Below, one piece after another: positions 1 to 9,614 of a DNA stretch of 64,000 nucleotides. How positions within the stretch are numbered: position 1 is the first letter of the stretch; every line of letters starts with the position of its first letter. Position numbers and translations under genes: made by a program. Origin of the DNA: an uncultured Acidimicrobiia bacterium (GTDB taxonomy: Bacteria; Actinomycetota; Acidimicrobiia; Spongiisociales; UBA11373); NCBI GenBank assembly GCA_964614095.1, contig CAZTJO010000002.1, positions 32,043 to 96,042 of the forward strand, in the 5' to 3' direction. Under the pieces are notes generated by a model. That model had not been told where the DNA came from, searched no databases, and was given only the letters and a program-made list of their open reading frames with translations.

Positions 1-1199
1 TGCCCGCAGACGCCATTCTCGATGCGCTGGCCAATGCGCTTGTGTCGGCATACAAGCGCACCCCCGGAGCCGCCGAAGAGGCGCGTGTCACCATCGATCC
101 CGATACCGGCGAGATCAAGGTCTATGGCCAGGAACTCGACGAGGACGGCAATGTCGTTTCCGAGTGGGAAGACACCCCGGAGGATTTCGGCCGCATCGCC
201 GCACAGACGGCGAAGCAGGTCATCGTGCAGCGTCTGCGCGATGCCAAACGGGCCCAGGTGTTTGATATCTACGACGGACGGGAAGGTGACCTGGTAACCG
301 GCATCGTCCAGCAATCAGACCACCGCTACATCATCCTCGATTTGGGCAATGCCGAGGCAGTGATGCCATCGGGTGAGCGGATTCCCTACGAGCGCCTCGA
401 GCGGGGCGCCCGGGTGAAGGCGCTGATACTCGAGGTGCGCGGTGAGACCAAGGGCCCTCAGATCGTGGTGAGCCGCAGCCACCCCGATTTTATACGCCGG
501 CTCTTCGAGCTGGAGGTTCCGGAGCTGGTAGAGGGGGTCATCGAGATCCGGGCCATCGCTCGTGATGCCGGACATCGCACCAAGATCGCCGTGTCCTCCA
601 CCGATCTGAACGTGGATCCCGTTGGCGCGTGTGTGGGCGCACGAGGATCACGGGTGCGGCAGGTGGTCAATGAGTTGCGCGGTGAGAAAGTCGACATCGT
701 GGAGTGGCGTGACGACGTTAGGCAGTTCATCGCCGAGGCCTTGGGACCGGCGAAGGTGCGTCAGGTCATCCTCAACGATGAGGAGATGGAGGCCGTGGTT
801 GTGGTTCCCGATCACCAGCTCTCGCTGGCCATCGGGAAAGAAGGCCAGAATGCGCGGCTCGCCGCCCGGCTGAGTGGCTACCGCATCGACATACGGTCTG
901 AGACCGAGTATGCCGGAGGCACGTTGGAAGCGGGTGAGGCCGCTGCCGAGGCGGGAGCGACGACCGATTCCAGCGAGGAGCCCGAGGCCGGCCCCGACAC
1001 AAAGCTCGAGGACGAGTCGGCGGGGGAGGCGGAGGCCGAGCCGGAGCCTGCGGACGAGTCGGTGGAGGAGCCGGAGGCGGAGGCCGAGCCGGAGCCTGCA
1101 GACGAGTCGGTGGAGGAGCCGGAGGCAGAGACTGCGAACGAGCCCGAGGACCAGCCCGAAACGGACGAGAAGAAGGCCGATGACTCGCCAGAGGATTAG
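1..1199 (+). CDS. nusA: Transcription termination/antitermination factor NusA (5' end lies outside the window); acidic E/P-rich C-terminal tail with a 16-aa tandem repeat
   Basis: Reading frame is open from window position 1. S1 and KH-like segments (GDLVTGIVQQ..., VDPVGACVGARGSRV..., LAIGKEGQNARLA) are typical of NusA. Position upstream of infB matches the conserved operon. Confidence 0.93.
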   Translation, partial: PADAILDALANALVSAYKRTPGAAEEARVTIDPDTGEIKVYGQELDEDGNVVSEWEDTPEDFGRIAAQTAKQVIVQRLRDAKRAQVFDIYDGREGDLVTGIVQQSDHRYIILDLGNAEAVMPSGERIPYERLERGARVKALILEVRGETKGPQIVVSRSHPDFIRRLFELEVPELVEGVIEIRAIARDAGHRTKIAVSSTDLNVDPVGACVGARGSRVRQVVNELRGEKVDIVEWRDDVRQFIAEALGPAKVRQVILNDEEMEAVVVVPDHQLSLAIGKEGQNARLAARLSGYRIDIRSETEYAGGTLEAGEAAAEAGATTDSSEEPEAGPDTKLEDESAGEAEAEPEPADESVEEPEAEAEPEPADESVEEPEAETANEPEDQPETDEKKADDSPED

Positions 1200-1241
1200 G
1201 CGAGTCGTGGCACAATGAGCTCCCGAGGAGCCTGAGGAACA

Positions 1242-3248
1242 ATGCGCGTATACGAGCTGGCGAAGGATCTGGGTCTGGAGTCGAAAGACGTCCTGGCGCG
1301 GGCCGCCGAGCTCGGCATAGAGATCAAGACGGCCTCTTCAGGGCTCGACGACGACTCTGCGGCCCTGATTCGGTTGTCATACGAGGAAGAGGGCAAGGTT
1401 GCGCCCGCCGAGGCAGAGCCGGAGGAAGCGGTCGAGGAGCCGGAGAAAGCGGCGCCGGAGCCGGTCGAGCCGGTCAAGCGCAAGATCAAACTCACCGAGG
1501 GCATCACCGTGGCCGAATTCGCCGAGGTTGCGCACCGGCCGGTTGGCCTCGTCGTCAAGACGCTCATCGAACGCGGGCAGATGGCAGGAGCGTCCCAGCC
1601 CATACCTGTTGACCATCTGGCGGCGGTCGCCGACGCCTTTGGCTACGAGGCCGTCATCCAGCAGGCACCCGAAATAGTCGTCGTGAAGGAGCCACTGGTA
1701 CGCGCCAAGCAGGTGCACAAGGACGATCCCTCGGATCTCGAGCCGCGTCCACCCGTCGTCACCGTCATGGGACATGTTGATCACGGCAAGACCAAGCTGC
1801 TCGATGCCATCCGCCGCAGCAACGTGATCGCAGGTGAGGCCGGCGGCATCACCCAGCACATCGGCGCCTATCAGGTGCACCGCGGCGGCAGAAAGATCAC
1901 GTTCATCGACACTCCGGGTCACGAAGCTTTCACCGCGCTGCGTATTCGCGGTGCCGAGGTCACCGACATCGTCGTGCTCGTGGTAGCGGCCGATGACGGT
2001 GTCATGCCGCAGACGATCGAAGCCATCAGCCATGCCAAGGCTGCCAATGTGCCCATTGTGGTGGCCATCAACAAGATCGATCTTCCCACTGCCAACGCCG
2101 GTTCGGTGCGCGCTCAACTCACCGAATACGGGTTGGTTGTCGAGCAGCTTGGCGGTGAGGTGGTGAGCGCCGAGATCTCCGCACTCAAGGGCGATGGTGT
2201 CGAGCAGCTCTTGGACTACATAGACCTCGTTGCCGAGCTCGAGGAGTTCTCGGCAAACGCGAAGGCCCCGGCGTCGGGGACGGTCATCGAGGCCCAGCTC
2301 GACAAGGGCCGGGGCCCGGTGGCCACCGTTGTGGTTCAGCGCGGCACCCTGCGCCGTGGTGATGCCCTGGTCGCCGGCGCGGTGGCGGGCCGGGTACGGG
2401 CCATGTTCGATGAGAACGGGAACCAGGTGCAGGAGGCCACCCCCAGCACACCGGCGCTCATCATGGGCTGGGACGACGTTCCCCAGGCCGGTGACTGGTT
2501 CGAGGTTGCAGACGACGATCGCGCCGCCCGGGCCATCGCTCAGGAGCGTGAGGCGGAGATACGCAGCCGCGATCTTGTTGTTCCCACCGCGGTCGAGCGC
2601 CTGCAGTCACTTCTGGACGATCTTCGGACGGCCGACGATGCCGAGCTCCGGCTGATAGTGAAGGCCGATGCCCACGGCTCGCTGGAAGCTATCAAGGACG
2701 CCGTTGGCAAGGTGACCCCTCGGGGGGGTCGTATCACCGTGGTGCATTCGGCGGTCGGCGGTGTGACCGAGAACGACGTTCTGCTCGCCGAGGCGACCAA
2801 TTCCATCATCTTCGGGTTTGGTGTGCGTCCCGACGCCCAGGCGCGACGCGCCGGCGAGGAATCCGGGATCGAGGTGCGCACCTATCGGGTCATCTACGAG
2901 CTGCTCGATGACGTCGAGGCCATGCTCGTCGGCCGCCTCGCTCCGGAGGAGATCGAGCAGGTCCTGGGCGTGGCCGAGGTCCGGGCCACCTTCCGGGCCC
3001 CGCGCTTTGGAATGGTGGCGGGCTGCTACGTCACCGAGGGGGAGATCCCGAGGAGCTCCCGAATCCGCCTCGTTCGCGACGGCATCGTCACCTACGACGG
3101 CTCCGTCGGGTCGCTGCGCCGCTTCAAGGACGACGTGCGTTCCGTTGCGGCCGGTTTCGAGTGCGGTATCGGGCTGGAGAACTTCCGCGACATCAAGGAG
3201 GGCGACGTCTTGGAAGCGTATGAGATCCGCGAGGTCGCCCGCAGCTAA
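1242..3248 (+). CDS. infB: Translation initiation factor IF-2
   Basis: N-terminal IF2_N motif ([28 protein letters not shown]). G-domain motifs [20 protein letters not shown] and NKID. 668 aa. Confidence 0.95.
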   Translation: MRVYELAKDLGLESKDVLARAAELGIEIKTASSGLDDDSAALIRLSYEEEGKVAPAEAEPEEAVEEPEKAAPEPVEPVKRKIKLTEGITVAEFAEVAHRPVGLVVKTLIERGQMAGASQPIPVDHLAAVADAFGYEAVIQQAPEIVVVKEPLVRAKQVHKDDPSDLEPRPPVVTVMGHVDHGKTKLLDAIRRSNVIAGEAGGITQHIGAYQVHRGGRKITFIDTPGHEAFTALRIRGAEVTDIVVLVVAADDGVMPQTIEAISHAKAANVPIVVAINKIDLPTANAGSVRAQLTEYGLVVEQLGGEVVSAEISALKGDGVEQLLDYIDLVAELEEFSANAKAPASGTVIEAQLDKGRGPVATVVVQRGTLRRGDALVAGAVAGRVRAMFDENGNQVQEATPSTPALIMGWDDVPQAGDWFEVADDDRAARAIAQEREAEIRSRDLVVPTAVERLQSLLDDLRTADDAELRLIVKADAHGSLEAIKDAVGKVTPRGGRITVVHSAVGGVTENDVLLAEATNSIIFGFGVRPDAQARRAGEESGIEVRTYRVIYELLDDVEAMLVGRLAPEEIEQVLGVAEVRATFRAPRFGMVAGCYVTEGEIPRSSRIRLVRDGIVTYDGSVGSLRRFKDDVRSVAAGFECGIGLENFRDIKEGDVLEAYEIREVARS

Positions 3249-3251
3249 CCC

Positions 3252-3542
3252 ATGCACGCCGCTGCGCTCAGACTCGAGCTGCGTATCCCAGCGGTCCGCT
3301 CTCTCAAAGAGAAGCGGAGGATTCTCAAGGCCCTGATGGGCCAGCTCAGCTCGACGTTTCCTCTCACCCTGGCCGAGGTGGGATTCCAGGATCAGTGGCG
3401 CCGGGCGACTGTGGGCGCGGCGCTTGTGGGCGCGCAGTCGGGTCACCTGGACCGGATCATTCATGCCGTGCAGCGGGCGGTGATGGAGCACCCCGATGTG
3501 GAGCTGCTCGAGATGGGAGTGTCCTACCTGGAGGAAGAATGA
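3252..3542 (+). CDS. DUF503 (YlxP-like) family protein
   Basis: 96 aa. LELRIPAVRSLKEKRRILKAL...AEVGFQDQWRRATVGAALVG pattern matches the YlxP/DUF503 proteins commonly found between infB and rbfA. Confidence 0.8.
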   Translation: MHAAALRLELRIPAVRSLKEKRRILKALMGQLSSTFPLTLAEVGFQDQWRRATVGAALVGAQSGHLDRIIHAVQRAVMEHPDVELLEMGVSYLEEE

Positions 3543-3925
3543 CCAGGGGATCGCGTATGCCGCGGGTCGACGAGCTGCTTCGTGAGGTCATCGCCGATGA
3601 GGTGGAGCGGCTCAAGGACCCCGGCCTCGGGTTTGTGACCATCACCGGGGTCGACACCTCACCCGATCTGCGCCGGGCCAGGGTCTACTATTCGGTGCTC
3701 GGCGACGACGCCCAGGCCGAAGAAACCAAGGCCGCGTTCCTGAGAGCGGCCTCCCGAATACGGGCCGTCTTGGGCAGCCAGGTTCGGCTCAAGTACCTGC
3801 CTGAGCTGCATTTTGAACCAGACACCGCCATCGAGCAGGGGATGCGGATCGAACGCATCCTGCGTGAGCTAGGAGAAGAGCGCAGTGAAGGAGGCGACGA
3901 AGGGAGCCCTGCAGAGAGCGGCTGA
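3539..3925 (+). CDS. rbfA: Ribosome-binding factor A
   Basis: MPRVDELLREVIADEVERLKDPGLGFVTITGVDTSPDLRRARVYYSV is a classic RbfA KH-fold sequence. ATG overlaps the DUF503 stop (ATGA). Confidence 0.9.
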   Translation: MTRGSRMPRVDELLREVIADEVERLKDPGLGFVTITGVDTSPDLRRARVYYSVLGDDAQAEETKAAFLRAASRIRAVLGSQVRLKYLPELHFEPDTAIEQGMRIERILRELGEERSEGGDEGSPAESG

Positions 3926-4853
3926 GGTGATCGCCGCCGCCGAGGAGCTTGCGATCACCTGCCATGTTTCGCCCGACGGCGACGCCCTGGGTTCGGTGAT
4001 CGGCATGGCACATGCCGCCTCCGCCGCCGGCAAGCAGGTGGTGGCGTCCTTCGGGTCACCGTTTGCGGTGAGTGAGGCCTACGACTTTCTCGATGTGAGC
4101 GCTCTGGTGCCTCCCCGCGAGTTTCCCACGGAGCCGGAGGTTATGGTCGTCTTTGACGTCGCTGCGGTCGATCGGCTCGGCGAGCTGGCCGAGACGGCAG
4201 ATCGGGCCGGCACGCTCGTCGTCATCGACCATCACATCACCAACGAAGGATTCGGCGACGTGGTTGTTGTTGATGCCGAGGCGGCGGCGGCGGCTCAACT
4301 TGCCTTCTACCTGATTGGTGAGCTGGGCTGGCCGCTTGGTGAGAAGGCGGCCACCGCTCTGCTCACCGGCATCGTCACCGATACCGGTCGTTTTCAGTAC
4401 TCCTCCACGGATGCAGAGGTGTTCCGTGTCGCCGCCGCGCTTACCGAAGCCGGCGCCAGGCCTGAGCAGATAGGTCAGCATCTCTACGAATCGGCACCGT
4501 TCGGGTACCTGCAGGTGTCGGCGGCCGTGCTGGGCCGGGCCCGGCTCGAGCAGGATCTCAGTCTGATCTGGTCGGTGCTGTACGAACACGATCTGCGCAG
4601 CGCCCAGGTGGGCTCGGAGGATCTCGACCCCCTGATCGACCACTTGCGCATCGCGCGCGAAGCCAACGTCACCGCCCTCGTCAAACAACTTGACGTGGGG
4701 TGGAAGGTGAGCCTGCGCTCTCGAGGCAGGATCGATGTCGGCAGCATCGCCGCGATCGAGGGCGGCGGCGGCCATCACAACGCCGCCGGATACAGCAGCG
4801 ACCAGGAGCTCGAGGACATCATCGCCGGCATCAGGGCTCATCTTCATGGCTGA
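3885..4853 (+). CDS. nrnA: DHH-DHHA1 phosphoesterase (NrnA/CnpB-like oligoribonuclease/pAp phosphatase)
   Basis: DHH motif (VVIDHHITNEG) and Asp-rich N-terminal motif (HVSPDGDALGS). Conserved position after rbfA, as in other actinobacteria. Confidence 0.85.
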   Translation: MKEATKGALQRAAEVIAAAEELAITCHVSPDGDALGSVIGMAHAASAAGKQVVASFGSPFAVSEAYDFLDVSALVPPREFPTEPEVMVVFDVAAVDRLGELAETADRAGTLVVIDHHITNEGFGDVVVVDAEAAAAAQLAFYLIGELGWPLGEKAATALLTGIVTDTGRFQYSSTDAEVFRVAAALTEAGARPEQIGQHLYESAPFGYLQVSAAVLGRARLEQDLSLIWSVLYEHDLRSAQVGSEDLDPLIDHLRIAREANVTALVKQLDVGWKVSLRSRGRIDVGSIAAIEGGGGHHNAAGYSSDQELEDIIAGIRAHLHG

Positions 4854-5739
4854 GGGGTTCCTCCTCGTCGACAAGGCGGGCGGGTGGACTTCACACGATG
4901 TAGTGGCCCGCGTGCGAGGATTGTTGGGGGAGCAGAAGATCGGTCACGCCGGCACCCTCGACCCGCTGGCGACCGGCTTGCTGGTCCTCGGCATAGGGAG
5001 GGCAACCAGGCTGCTGCGATATGCTCAGCAGCTTCCCAAGACCTACGTGGCCCACATGGTGATGGGTGTCGCCACTGACACCCTGGACGCCGATGGCGCG
5101 GTCCTCATGCGCCAGCCGATGCCGGTCAGCGAGGAGGAGATCCACACGGCCTCGCGTCGCTTCGTCGGGACCATTCAGCAGATACCGCCGATGGTTTCGG
5201 CCGTGCGTCTGGGAGGCCGGCGACTGTACGAGCTGGCCCGGGAGGGCCGGGAGGTCGAGCGGGCGGCTCGAATGGTGCAAGTGTTCGATCTCGATATCAT
5301 CGATTTTTCGCCGTGTGACTACCCCGAGGTCACGCTGCGGGTGCGCTGCAGCTCCGGCACCTACGTGCGGACACTGGCCGACGACATAGCCCGCGCCCTC
5401 GGTGGCAGGGCGCATTTGACCGCCCTGCGACGTCACCGCATCGGTTCACTGGCCGTCGACGAGGCCCACAGCATTCCCGATATCGAAGAGGCCGGCAGCA
5501 GGGGAGTGGCGGAATCAATGGTCATCAGCGCCGCCGACGGCCTGCGCGACCTGCCCGCCGTGCGAGTGAGCGGCGAGACGGCGCGTGCTGTGTGTCATGG
5601 AGCCGTCTTCCCGGCAGCGGCCCTCGGGTTTCACAGCCCGGTCTCGGGCCCACACCGGGTACTCGGCCAATCGGGCGAGTTGATGGCCGTGTACGACCTC
5701 GAGGGTCGGCGGGCCCGTCCCGAAGTGGTCCTTGGATGA
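4846..5739 (+). CDS. truB: tRNA pseudouridine(55) synthase TruB
   Basis: GFLLVDKAGGWTSHDVVARVRGLLGEQKIGHAGTLDPLATGLLVLGIG is the TruB catalytic-Asp region. ATG at 4846 overlaps the nrnA stop (ATGGCTGA). Confidence 0.93.
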   Translation: MAEGFLLVDKAGGWTSHDVVARVRGLLGEQKIGHAGTLDPLATGLLVLGIGRATRLLRYAQQLPKTYVAHMVMGVATDTLDADGAVLMRQPMPVSEEEIHTASRRFVGTIQQIPPMVSAVRLGGRRLYELAREGREVERAARMVQVFDLDIIDFSPCDYPEVTLRVRCSSGTYVRTLADDIARALGGRAHLTALRRHRIGSLAVDEAHSIPDIEEAGSRGVAESMVISAADGLRDLPAVRVSGETARAVCHGAVFPAAALGFHSPVSGPHRVLGQSGELMAVYDLEGRRARPEVVLG

Positions 5740-6662
5740 AGGTCCTGCGCGGCCCCTTCACGTCTTGGGGGAAGGGGACACGCCGTCGGGCACTCAGCGT
5801 GGGTGTGTTCGACGGCGTGCACCTTGGCCATCGGCAGGTGATCGACCTGCTGCGGCGGCAGGCTGGCGAGGACCGGGACGCCGCCATTGTCACGTTCGAC
5901 CCGCACCCTCTGAGCGTTGTGGCGCCCGGGTACGCCCCGGAGCTGCTCACCACGCTCGATCACCGGCTCGAGTTGTTCGCCGAGCTCGGCGTGGACATGG
6001 TCGCCGTTCTTCCTTTTGATGATCAGGTGCGCGCCATGCCGGCGGCGCAGTTCGCTACCGAAGTGATTGTGGGTGCCATGGAGGCGGAAACGGTTGTGGT
6101 GGGTGAGGACTTCCGTTTTGGGTATGGGCGCCTCGGAGACCTCTCCGCGCTCGTCGGGCTTGGAGAGGTCTGCGGTTTCACCGTCGGGGTGGTGCCTCTT
6201 GCAGGTGGGCCGCAGCCACTCTCGTCTACACACATTCGCCGCGCCATCGCCGGCGGAGAGGTCGCGGCGGCGGCTACCGCCCTGGGGCGCCCACACGAGG
6301 TGCGCGGCGCCGTCGTCACCGGCGAAGGTCGCGGGCGAGATGTCGGTTTTCCCACCGTGAACGTGGAGCTTTCCTCAGGCATTGCAGTGCCGGCGCGTGG
6401 GGTGTACGCGGTGCGGGTGGCGCCGCTGGGAGAGACGCTGGGCCCGGGTGTGGCCAACCTCGGGGTCAGGCCCACGTTTGGCGGAGGCGAGCAGGTTCTC
6501 GAGGTGCATTTGCTGGGCGGCGAGACGGATCTCGGCGGGCGGAAGGTGCGAGTGGCGTTCATCGATCGGCTGCGGCCCGAGATCCGCTTCTCCGGGAAGC
6601 AGGAGCTGGCGGCGCAGATTCGCTCGGACATCGCCACGGCGCGGCGCCTACTGGGGGATTAG
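5736..6662 (+). CDS. ribF: Bifunctional riboflavin kinase / FMN adenylyltransferase
   Basis: VGVFDGVHLGHRQVI (FAD synthetase HxGH motif) and GRPHEVRGAVVTGEGRGRDVGFPTVN (riboflavin kinase motif). ATG overlaps the truB stop (ATGA). Confidence 0.93.
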   Translation: MKVLRGPFTSWGKGTRRRALSVGVFDGVHLGHRQVIDLLRRQAGEDRDAAIVTFDPHPLSVVAPGYAPELLTTLDHRLELFAELGVDMVAVLPFDDQVRAMPAAQFATEVIVGAMEAETVVVGEDFRFGYGRLGDLSALVGLGEVCGFTVGVVPLAGGPQPLSSTHIRRAIAGGEVAAAATALGRPHEVRGAVVTGEGRGRDVGFPTVNVELSSGIAVPARGVYAVRVAPLGETLGPGVANLGVRPTFGGGEQVLEVHLLGGETDLGGRKVRVAFIDRLRPEIRFSGKQELAAQIRSDIATARRLLGD

Positions 6663-6734
6663 GCCGGCAGAGAGGGCGTTCTGGGAGAGCGACCTGCTAC
6701 ACTCTGCGCCCGCCGGGCCATCCCCGGTTTCCGT

Positions 6735-6989
6735 ATGGATACCCAGACGATCATCAGCGAATTCGGCACGCATGGTACTGACACCGGTTCTCCGGAGGTC
6801 CAGATAGCTTTGTTCACCGAACGCATAAACCACCTCACCGAGCACCTGAAGATCCACAAGAAGGATCATCACAGCCGGCGTGGGCTGCTAATGATGGTCG
6901 GCAAGCGGCGCCGCCTGCTCGACTACCTGAAAGCTCAGGATGTCGAGCGGTACCGAAACGTCATTGCACGTCTCGGCTTGCGACGCTGA
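6735..6989 (+). CDS. rpsO: 30S ribosomal protein S15
   Basis: 84 aa with [48 protein letters not shown], an unmistakable S15 sequence. Confidence 0.96.
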   Translation: MDTQTIISEFGTHGTDTGSPEVQIALFTERINHLTEHLKIHKKDHHSRRGLLMMVGKRRRLLDYLKAQDVERYRNVIARLGLRR

Positions 6990-7020
6990 GGGGCGAATAG
7001 CCGCCTCTTGGTTGTTGCGG

Positions 7021-7053
7021 GAGCCTGTTGCGCCCGGGATAGAACACAGGCTC
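7021..7053 (+). terminator. Hairpin after rpsO (GAGCCTGT...ACAGGCTC), a candidate rpsO terminator/attenuator or RNase processing stem
   Basis: 8-bp inverted repeat GAGCCTGT/ACAGGCTC with a ~17-nt loop, 30 nt downstream of the rpsO stop. No U-tract, as is common in high-GC genomes. Confidence 0.4.
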
Positions 7054-7124
7054 GGGGGAGAGTCCGAACCAGTTGCTAGTTGCCACTTCTTGAGAAATCG
7101 AGGTGTGACCACTGGTAATTGGCT

Positions 7125-7157
7125 CGTTCTCTTCCTCCGAAGAAGGAGCTGAGAACG
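7125..7157 (+). promoter_or_regulatory. pnp leader hairpin that occludes the Shine-Dalgarno and GTG start
   Basis: Inverted repeat CGTTCTC (7125-7131) / GAGAACG (7151-7157). The loop holds a TTCCTCC...GGAG sub-palindrome and the AAGGAG RBS. The 3' arm ends in the GTG start codon of pnp. This is consistent with the known autoregulated/RNase III-processed pnp leader. Confidence 0.5.
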
Positions 7158-9511
7158 TGTCGGAACACACTGTTCGAGCCACCGTGGGCGACGTTGAGAT
7201 CGTCTTCCAGGCCGGCAAACTTGCCCCCCAGGCCGACGGCGCCGTTGTTGTTGCCATGGGTGGAACGGAAGTCCTCGTTACGGCGACTGCCGCCAGGCAG
7301 CCGCGAGAAGGCGTCGACTTCTTCCCATTGACGGTCGACCTCGAGGAGCGGATGTATGCCGCCGGGAAGATCCCGGGATCATTCTTCCGACGTGAGGGCC
7401 GGCCCACTGAGAAGGCGATCCTGACGGCGCGCCTCATAGACCGGCCGCTGCGGCCGCTTTTCCGTGATGACTATCGATGCGAAACGCACATCGTCGCCAC
7501 CGTGCTGTCTGTGGACGACGTGCACCCCTACGACGTGGTTGCGCTCAACGGTGCCTCGGCTGCGCTGAGCATCAGCCCGATCCCCTTTGAAGGGCCCGTT
7601 GGGGCCGTGAGCATGGCGTATGCCGACGGCAAATGGATCCCCTTGCCGACATTTCCCCAACTCGAGGAGGCCGTCTTCCTCATGGTTGTTGCCGGGAAGC
7701 GCAACGAGCAGGGCAACGTGGACATAGCCATGGTCGAAGGGGGCGCCACTCCCGAAGCGCTGCGCCTCATTGCGGGCGGCCAGGCTCCCATCGACGAAGC
7801 TGCCGTGGCCCGGGGCCTCGAAGATGCCAAAGGCTACATCACCAATCTCATTGATCTGCAGCTCGGCCTGCACGACGAAATGGGGGAGATCCCGAAGGTG
7901 GAATGGCCCGCGGTGATCGACTACAGCGAGGAGTTGCTGGCCAAGGTCGACGAGGCGGCAAGGCCGCGTCTCGCCGAGGTCATCATCATCGTCGGCAAGC
8001 GGGAGCGCCAGGATGCCGAGGCGGCGGCTCGCGAGGCAACTCTTGCCGAGCTGGGCATCGACGAGGACCACGAAGACTTCGCCGCCGCCGGCCGCTGTTT
8101 CCGGGCGGTGTCCAAGAAGATGATGCGGGAGCGCATCATCGCCGAAGGGACGCGTCTCGATGGCCGCGCCGTGAACGAGGTCAGGCCCATAAGCATCGAG
8201 GTCGGTACGGTGGCCCGGGCCCACGGCTCAGGGCTCTTCCAGCGCGGTGAGACCCAGGTGCTCAACGTGGCCACTCTGGGCATGCTGCGTATGGAGCAGA
8301 TGTTGGACACGATCTCCGCCGAGGAGACCAAGCGCTACATGCACCACTACAACTTCCCGCCGTTCTCGACGGGTGAGACCGGTTTCATGCGCGGGCCGCG
8401 CCGACGCGAGATCGGGCATGGCGCACTTGCCGAGAAGGCGCTGCTTCCCGTTGTGCCCACGGCCGAGGTGTTCCCCTACGCATTTCGCCTGGTCTCCGAG
8501 GTGCTGTCGTCCAATGGCTCGTCGTCGATGGCTTCGGTGTGCGGATCGAGCCTTTCGCTCATGGACGCCGGGGTGCCGGTGGCGGCGCCGGTTGCCGGCG
8601 TGGCCATGGGTCTCATCGCCCACGATGAGGGTTTTGTGACGCTCACCGACATCCTCGGTGCCGAGGACGCTCTGGGCGACATGGACTTCAAGGTGGCCGG
8701 CACCGAAAACGTCGTCACCGCGTTGCAGCTCGACACCAAGATCGAAGGCCTTCCCGCCGACGTGCTCGTTGGTGCTCTCGAGGAGGCTCGGGTGGCGCGG
8801 CTGCACATCCTCGGCAAGATGAACGAGGTGATCGGCGAGCCCAGGGCGGAGCTCAACCCGTACGCTCCCCGCATCGAAGCCGTGCAGATTCCTCGGGACA
8901 AGATCGGTGAGGTCATCGGCCCCAAGGGCAAGATCATCCGCGAGATCGAAGAGGAGACCGGGGCCACATTGGAGATCGAGGACGACGGAACGGTTCGTAT
9001 CGGCGCTACCGACGGTCCGAGCCTCGCCGCGGCAAAGGAGCGGGTGATGAGCATCGCTTTCCCGCCCGAGGCCGAGATCGGCGCGACCTACGAGGGCGAG
9101 GTGGTGAACATCACCGCCTTTGGTGCCTTCGTAAACATCCTTCCAGGGCGCGACGGGCTACTGCACATATCGAAGATGGGCGGCGGCAAGCGGGTTGACC
9201 GGGTCGAAGACATCTACAGCCTTGGTGACAAGGTCGAGGTTGTGGTGCGGGAGATCGACCGCAACGGGAAGGTGAGCCTCGAGCTTCCGGGTGCTGCCGA
9301 CTCCGGCGACGGAGGCGGCGGTGAGCGCCGTTCCTCCGATGGTGGCGGCGGGCGCGGTGGTCGTGGCCGTGGAGGCCGCAGCGGTGGCGACCGTGGTGGT
9401 CGTGACCGTGGAAGCCGCGAAGGCGGCCGCGAGCGCAAGCCGCGTCCTCAGAGTGACAAGCCGGGCCGCAAGGTGGTGTCCTTCGAGGACGACTACGAGA
9501 AGGGCCTCTAG
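7157..9511 (+). CDS. pnp: Polynucleotide phosphorylase (PNPase) with a C-terminal Gly/Arg-rich (RGG-like) extension
   Basis: Two RNase PH-like domains, a KH domain (IPRDKIGEVIGPKGKIIREIEEETG) and an S1 domain (GEVVNITAFGAFVNILPGRDGLLHISK). The final ~70 aa are GGGGRGGRGRGGRSGGDRGGRDRG... GTG start. Confidence 0.96.
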   Translation: MSEHTVRATVGDVEIVFQAGKLAPQADGAVVVAMGGTEVLVTATAARQPREGVDFFPLTVDLEERMYAAGKIPGSFFRREGRPTEKAILTARLIDRPLRPLFRDDYRCETHIVATVLSVDDVHPYDVVALNGASAALSISPIPFEGPVGAVSMAYADGKWIPLPTFPQLEEAVFLMVVAGKRNEQGNVDIAMVEGGATPEALRLIAGGQAPIDEAAVARGLEDAKGYITNLIDLQLGLHDEMGEIPKVEWPAVIDYSEELLAKVDEAARPRLAEVIIIVGKRERQDAEAAAREATLAELGIDEDHEDFAAAGRCFRAVSKKMMRERIIAEGTRLDGRAVNEVRPISIEVGTVARAHGSGLFQRGETQVLNVATLGMLRMEQMLDTISAEETKRYMHHYNFPPFSTGETGFMRGPRRREIGHGALAEKALLPVVPTAEVFPYAFRLVSEVLSSNGSSSMASVCGSSLSLMDAGVPVAAPVAGVAMGLIAHDEGFVTLTDILGAEDALGDMDFKVAGTENVVTALQLDTKIEGLPADVLVGALEEARVARLHILGKMNEVIGEPRAELNPYAPRIEAVQIPRDKIGEVIGPKGKIIREIEEETGATLEIEDDGTVRIGATDGPSLAAAKERVMSIAFPPEAEIGATYEGEVVNITAFGAFVNILPGRDGLLHISKMGGGKRVDRVEDIYSLGDKVEVVVREIDRNGKVSLELPGAADSGDGGGGERRSSDGGGGRGGRGRGGRSGGDRGGRDRGSREGGRERKPRPQSDKPGRKVVSFEDDYEKGL

Positions 9512-9565
9512 CCGTTCAAGCCGGTAGGCGGCATTTTCGACTCCGGGTGGGCTACGCTTGTGTTA

Positions 9566-9581
9566 TCGAACATACGTTCGA
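9566..9581 (+). promoter_or_regulatory. LexA (SOS) box TCGAACATACGTTCGA upstream of imuA'
   Basis: Perfect 16-bp palindrome matching the actinobacterial LexA operator TCGAAC-N4-GTTCGA. It lies 34 bp upstream of the ATG at 9615. Confidence 0.8.
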
Positions 9582-9614
9582 TACAATGCGAGGCCCATTA
9601 TTGGAGCGTTGGGC

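Noticed and set aside
9558-9614. Upstream extension of imuA' starting at 9558
   Set aside because: It would place the LexA operator inside the coding sequence. ATG 9615 downstream of the box is more plausible.
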